Part shown: one piece after another, positions 60,094 through 64,000 of the stretch
Layout of the letters: each line of letters starts with the position of its first letter
How positions within the stretch are numbered: the stretch's first letter is position 1
Assembly (NCBI GenBank): GCA_964347475.1
Contig: CAYFYY010000014.1
Coordinates: 547 to 64,546, forward strand
From: an uncultured Flavobacteriales bacterium
GTDB taxonomy: Bacteria; Pseudomonadota; Alphaproteobacteria; UBA8366; JADFVY01
Length of the DNA: 64,000 bases
Direction of reading: 5' to 3'
The notes under the pieces: generated by a model
The model's input: only the letters and a program-made list of their open reading frames with translations
The model's database searches: none
Told to the model about the DNA's origin: nothing
Made by a program: the position numbers and the translations under genes

Positions 60094-61080
60094 GTGTCCA
60101 GATTGCCTCTGACCATCGCCATCAGCGACTACGACCATGTCCGCGATTTCGCATCCGGCCGCGTCACCGCTGAGGGCATCGACGCCACCTTCCTGACCCT
60201 CAGCATCGAGGAGATCTTCTTCCGCTTCACCCGGTTCAGGGAATGGGAGGTCTCGGAGATGTCGATGGCGAAATACTGCGCCCTGAAATCCCAGGGCGAC
60301 GACTCCGTCTCGGCGATCCCGGTGTTCCCGTCGCGCGTGTTCCGCCATTCCTCGATCTTCGTGCGCAGCGACTCGCGGCTCTCCGGGCCGGCCGATCTCG
60401 CCGGCCGCAAGGTCGGCCTGCCGGAATGGGCGCAGACGGCGGCGGTCTATACGCGCGGCCTGCTGACCCATGAATATGGTATCGCGCTGTCCGACGTCGA
60501 CTGGTACCAGGCCGGCGTCGCCGAGAAGGGGCGCCGCGAGAAGGTGGCGCTGAAGTTGCCGAAGGGGATACGCTGCACGCCGGTGCCGGACGACAGCCTC
60601 AATGACATGCTGTTGGCCGGAGAACTCGACGCGATCATGACAGCGCATCCGCCACCCGCCTTCGAGGACGGCAGCGGCCGCATCGTCCGGCTGCTGCGCG
60701 ACTACCATACGGCGGAAGAGGCGTACTGGAAGAAGACGGGCGTGCTGCCGATCATGCACGTGGTGGCGATCCGCGGCGACGTGCTTCGCGCGCATCCGTG
60801 GATCGCCGCGAACCTCCTTACGGCCTTCAACGCAGCGAAGGAACGCAGCGTCGCGCGTGCCTTGGAGGCCACCGCCTCACGCTTCCCGATCCCCTGGATC
60901 GCCCATCATGCGGAGCAGGCGGCGGCGGCCTTCGGCGAGCTGTTTCCCTACGGCATCGAGGCCAACCGCACGACGCTGGAGACCTTCCTGCGCTTCGCCC
61001 ACGAGCAGGGTGTGTGCCACCGGCTGCTGGAACCGGAGGACCTGTTCCCGGAATCTGTACGCAGCGCCTTCAAGGTCTGA
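60094..61080 (+). CDS. cytoplasmic PBP2/NMT1-fold protein of the 4,5-dihydroxyphthalate-decarboxylase-like family
   Basis: GTG start after AAGGAGGAG. No signal peptide. LTIAISDYDHVRDFASGRVTAEGID...EIFFRFTRFREWEVSEMSMAKY resembles PhtD-type proteins from memory. Confidence 0.6.
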   Translation: MSRLPLTIAISDYDHVRDFASGRVTAEGIDATFLTLSIEEIFFRFTRFREWEVSEMSMAKYCALKSQGDDSVSAIPVFPSRVFRHSSIFVRSDSRLSGPADLAGRKVGLPEWAQTAAVYTRGLLTHEYGIALSDVDWYQAGVAEKGRREKVALKLPKGIRCTPVPDDSLNDMLLAGELDAIMTAHPPPAFEDGSGRIVRLLRDYHTAEEAYWKKTGVLPIMHVVAIRGDVLRAHPWIAANLLTAFNAAKERSVARALEATASRFPIPWIAHHAEQAAAAFGELFPYGIEANRTTLETFLRFAHEQGVCHRLLEPEDLFPESVRSAFKV

Positions 61081-61098
61081 ACGGACGGGAGCTCACGG

Positions 61099-61755
61099 AT
61101 GGTGCGGGTCAAGATCTGCTGCATCGCCTCGGTCGAAGAGGCGGAGCTGGCGGTCCGCCACGGCGCCGCGGCGCTGGGCCTGGTCGGCCGCATGCCGAGC
61201 GGTCCCGGCCCCATCCCGGACAACCTGATCGCCGAGATCGCCGCCTGGGCGCCGCCGGCGGTGGCGACCTTCCTGCTGACCAGCGAGACCGAGCCCGAGG
61301 CGATTATCGACCACGTCCGGCGTTGCGGCACCAGCACCGTGCAGCTGGTCGACGCGGTGGCGCCGCAGGCTTATGCGGCGCTGCGCCGGGCCGCGCCGCA
61401 GCTGAAGATCGTGCAGGTGATCCACGTGACCGGCCCCGAATCGGTCGAAGAGGCGAAGGCCTCGGCGCCGCATGTCGATGCCCTGCTGCTCGATTCCGGA
61501 CGGCCCGGGGCCGCCATCAAGGAACTCGGGGGCACCGGGCGCGTGCACGACTGGGCCTTAAGCCGCCGCATCGTGGCCGAGGTCGCCCGCCCGGTGTTCC
61601 TCGCCGGCGGCCTCAACCCCGAGAATGTCGCCGAGGCATGCAACAGGGTGCGGCCGTTCGGCGTCGACCTGTGCACCGGCGTGCGCACCGACGGACGGCT
61701 GGATGAAGCGCGGCTGACCGCGTTCTTCGGCGCGCTCCCCACAGCCGCGGGCTGA
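61099..61755 (+). CDS. phosphoribosylanthranilate isomerase-like (TrpF family) protein, outside a trp context
   Basis: 218 aa. VKICCI..., LDSG...GGTG..DW, FLAGGLNPENV TrpF-type blocks. No trpB/trpA adjacent. Confidence 0.8.
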   Translation: MVRVKICCIASVEEAELAVRHGAAALGLVGRMPSGPGPIPDNLIAEIAAWAPPAVATFLLTSETEPEAIIDHVRRCGTSTVQLVDAVAPQAYAALRRAAPQLKIVQVIHVTGPESVEEAKASAPHVDALLLDSGRPGAAIKELGGTGRVHDWALSRRIVAEVARPVFLAGGLNPENVAEACNRVRPFGVDLCTGVRTDGRLDEARLTAFFGALPTAAG

Positions 61756-61784
61756 CACGCCGACCCGGCGCCGTCGCGACCCCG

Positions 61785-63302
61785 CTATTTCGCCCTGATC
61801 CGGCCCTCCACCTTCGGGGTGACCGGGGCGGTGGCGGCGATGTGGTCCATCACCGTGGTCGCCATCAGCGTTGCGCCGGACGCGTCGATCAGCGCCTTGC
61901 CCTTCTTCAGCACGGCATAGCCGTCGCCGCCGCCCGCCATGTAGTCGTTGGTCGCGACCCGGTAGATCTTGGCTGGATCGAGCGCCTTGCCGCCGATCTT
62001 GACCTCGACGACGCGACTGCCCGGCGCGGCGGCCGGGTCGTAGACGAAGGACAGGCCCGAGACCTGCGGGAAACGCCCGGCCGTGTTCTCGACCTGCGAG
62101 ACGCCGTTCTCGAGCGCGGCGCGGACGTCGGCGCCCGACAACTCCAGCAGCACCGTGACGTTGCCGAACGGCAGCTCGGTCAGCACGTCCTTGCGGGTCA
62201 GCACGCTGCCCGCATCGTATGTGCGGTCGCCGCGGATGCCGCCGCCGTTGGTGATCGCGATGTCGGCACGCACCGCCTTGCGCATGGCGTCGGCGATCAG
62301 GTTGCCGAAATTGGTCTCGCCGCTGCGTACCGAGGACCGCTGCGAATCCAGTACCACGCCGGTCTTGCCGACTGGCACGTCGAGGTCGGCGTCAAGTTTT
62401 GCGTTGTGCCTGTCGACGATGGCCTGGATGCCCGGGTCCGGGGCGACGCCGGCGGTCGAGGTCAGGCGCCAGGCCGGCACCACCTGAAGCGTCTTCTTGC
62501 CCCGGCTCTCCACCCACTCGACCGAAAGGTCGAGCGCACCGAGATGATGCGCATCGTAGCCGGCCTTCAGGATCGGCACGGTGCCGGCCCGCCAGACGAT
62601 CGGATCGTGGTCGTGGCCACCGAGAATCGCGTGGATACCCTCGACTTCGCGCGCCAGCGCGATGTCGGTGGCCATGTCGAGATGGGTCAGCGCGACGATG
62701 ACCTCCGCCCCCCTGTCCTGCAGTTTCTTGACGGCCGCGGTCGCGGTCTCGATCGCCGAGGTAAAGCGGATGTCCGGGCCCGGCGACGACAGCGTCTCGG
62801 TCTGCGGGTCGAGCAGCCCGAAGAAGCCGACCGTGAACTCTCCGACCTTGACCGTGTGGACATCTGTCATACCCACGGCGGGCTTGCCGTCCTTGCCCAG
62901 CACATTGGTGCCGAGCCAGGGGAACTTCGCCTCGCCGATGCGCTGCCGCGCGACGTCCGGCCCGAAGTCGAACTCGTGGTTGCCGGGCGCCGCGACGTCC
63001 ATGCCAATGGCGTTCATCAGCTCGATCATTTGCGTGCCTTTGGTCAGCCCCGACATGACGGACGGCGAGATCAGGTCGCCGCCGAAGGTGGTGACGCTGT
63101 GCTCAGCCGCCGCGCGCTCGGCCTTGAGCAGCGTCATCAACTCGGCGAACCCACCCTGCCCGCGCTTCGGCGAGATCTCATAGACGTCGTTGACATGCAG
63201 GAAGGTGATTTTCGTCGGCTCCGCCGCCGCGGCCAGCGGCAGCGCGAGCAAGAGGACGGCAACCACCGTCCACGCCCCGAATTTCCTGAGGATGTGATGC
63301 AT
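61785..63302 (-). CDS. secreted bifunctional metallophosphatase/5'-nucleotidase (UshA-like)
   Basis: 505 aa with a signal peptide. FLHVNDVYE, GNHEFDFG, GGHDHD motifs. Confidence 0.9.
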   Translation of the reverse strand: MHHILRKFGAWTVVAVLLLALPLAAAAEPTKITFLHVNDVYEISPKRGQGGFAELMTLLKAERAAAEHSVTTFGGDLISPSVMSGLTKGTQMIELMNAIGMDVAAPGNHEFDFGPDVARQRIGEAKFPWLGTNVLGKDGKPAVGMTDVHTVKVGEFTVGFFGLLDPQTETLSSPGPDIRFTSAIETATAAVKKLQDRGAEVIVALTHLDMATDIALAREVEGIHAILGGHDHDPIVWRAGTVPILKAGYDAHHLGALDLSVEWVESRGKKTLQVVPAWRLTSTAGVAPDPGIQAIVDRHNAKLDADLDVPVGKTGVVLDSQRSSVRSGETNFGNLIADAMRKAVRADIAITNGGGIRGDRTYDAGSVLTRKDVLTELPFGNVTVLLELSGADVRAALENGVSQVENTAGRFPQVSGLSFVYDPAAAPGSRVVEVKIGGKALDPAKIYRVATNDYMAGGGDGYAVLKKGKALIDASGATLMATTVMDHIAATAPVTPKVEGRIRAK

Positions 63303-63490
63303 TGTGCCTCTCCTGTGGAGTCTGTCGGCGCGGGCTCGGGTGCCCCTGCGAGCCTGCGCTTTGGGTCATGCTAGCAGAATTCGCGGGCGCTGGCTGCGGC
63401 CCGCGAAGCGGCGGTTGACTCGCGTATTGCCACGGGCCTACGCTGAAAAATCTCAGGGAGTGAAAAAAATCTCATATCGGGCTGGAGCCT

Positions 63491-64000
63491 GTGACACAGG
63501 GCACCGCAAAAGCTGACGACGGCGACCTCAACCTGGCGACGCGGGCGGCGTGGCTGTCGTATATCGGCGGCTACACGCAGAGCCATATCGCAAAACGGCT
63601 CGGCGTGTCGCGCGCCAAGGCGCACCGGCTGATCGCACTGGCTCAGGACCAGGGGCTGGTCAAGGTGTTCATCGAGGGCGCGCCGGCCGAATGCATCCGC
63701 TATGAGGAGGCCCTGGTCCGGCAATTCGGGCTGCGGAACTGCCTCGTGGCGCCGGCGCTGGGCGAGGAGGGAGCGGGCGAGGGCGAGTTCGCGTCGGTCG
63801 GGGCGGCGGCGGCCCGCTTCCTGCACCGCCTGCTGTCGCGGAGGGCGCAAGGCGCCCTGATTGGCGTCGGCAAGGGCCGCTCGCTCGCGGCGGCGATTGT
63901 CCGGATGCCCGCGCTGAGGCGGCCTGACCTGCGTTTCGTCTCGGTCTCCGGCAGCCTCACGCGCAAGCTCTCCGCCAACCCGTTCGACGTCGTCCAGCGC
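63491..64000 (+). CDS. SorC/DeoR-type sugar-binding transcriptional regulator, N-terminal part; 3' end lies outside the window
   Basis: Open frame to the window edge and not in the ORF track. AAWLSYIGGYTQSHIAKRLGVSRAKAHRLIALAQDQGLVKVFI HTH. Start is uncertain (GTG 63491 or CTG 63482). Confidence 0.75.
   Translation, partial: MTQGTAKADDGDLNLATRAAWLSYIGGYTQSHIAKRLGVSRAKAHRLIALAQDQGLVKVFIEGAPAECIRYEEALVRQFGLRNCLVAPALGEEGAGEGEFASVGAAAARFLHRLLSRRAQGALIGVGKGRSLAAAIVRMPALRRPDLRFVSVSGSLTRKLSANPFDVVQR

Noticed and set aside
63371-63850. 159-aa minus-strand ORF
   Set aside because: Antisense to the SorC-type regulator, whose HTH is clearly recognisable in the plus frame.

Overview
High-GC alphaproteobacterial (Rhizobiales-like) chromosomal window with about 60 protein genes. 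I found no rRNA, tRNA, CRISPR array, transposase or integrase. All calls come from reading the ORF translations and the DNA by eye, with no searches run.

Left third (1-17.5 kb): a phaA fragment and phaB, a beta-barrel OMP, an Hsp20 gene with an RpoH-type promoter, and a five-step histidine-utilisation set (hutU, hutH, hutG, hutI, hutF).
- hutU carries an internal deletion plus frameshift.
- A low-GC ComJ/Nin-like gene is wedged between hutU and hutH.
- About 6 kb of unrelated cargo separates hutG from hutI. It includes a secreted endostatin-like protein, DUF4202, an SDR, a small HNH protein, an AT-rich promoter block driving two secreted proteins, and a PAS protein.

Middle (17.5-37.7 kb): trxB, an MFS transporter, a LysR/DUF1127/EamA unit, a quinone oxidoreductase-methyltransferase pair and an AidB-like acyl-CoA dehydrogenase. 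Next comes an 877-bp gene-free leader with a near-consensus FNR/FixK box. It precedes a decahaem MtrA/PioA-type cytochrome and an MtrB/PioB-type porin, followed by a cioAB-like cytochrome bd oxidase. A minus-strand unit then encodes a His-tailed protein, MarR, a CHRD protein and a Kv-type channel with a zinc ribbon.

Right part (37.9-61.8 kb): an accessory catabolic mosaic with three tripartite tricarboxylate transporter (TTT) sets, three kinds of decarboxylase-like enzyme (UbiD, ThDP-dependent, PhtD-like) and cupins.

Best candidates for something undescribed:
1. A compact operon of a CADD/PqqC-like haem-oxygenase-like protein, a bicupin and an EutA-family reactivase-like ATPase, with no B12 enzyme nearby.
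2. A split, order-swapped paralogue of that bicupin 15 kb away.
3. The partner-less MtrAB/PioAB-type conduit behind its long FixK-boxed leader.
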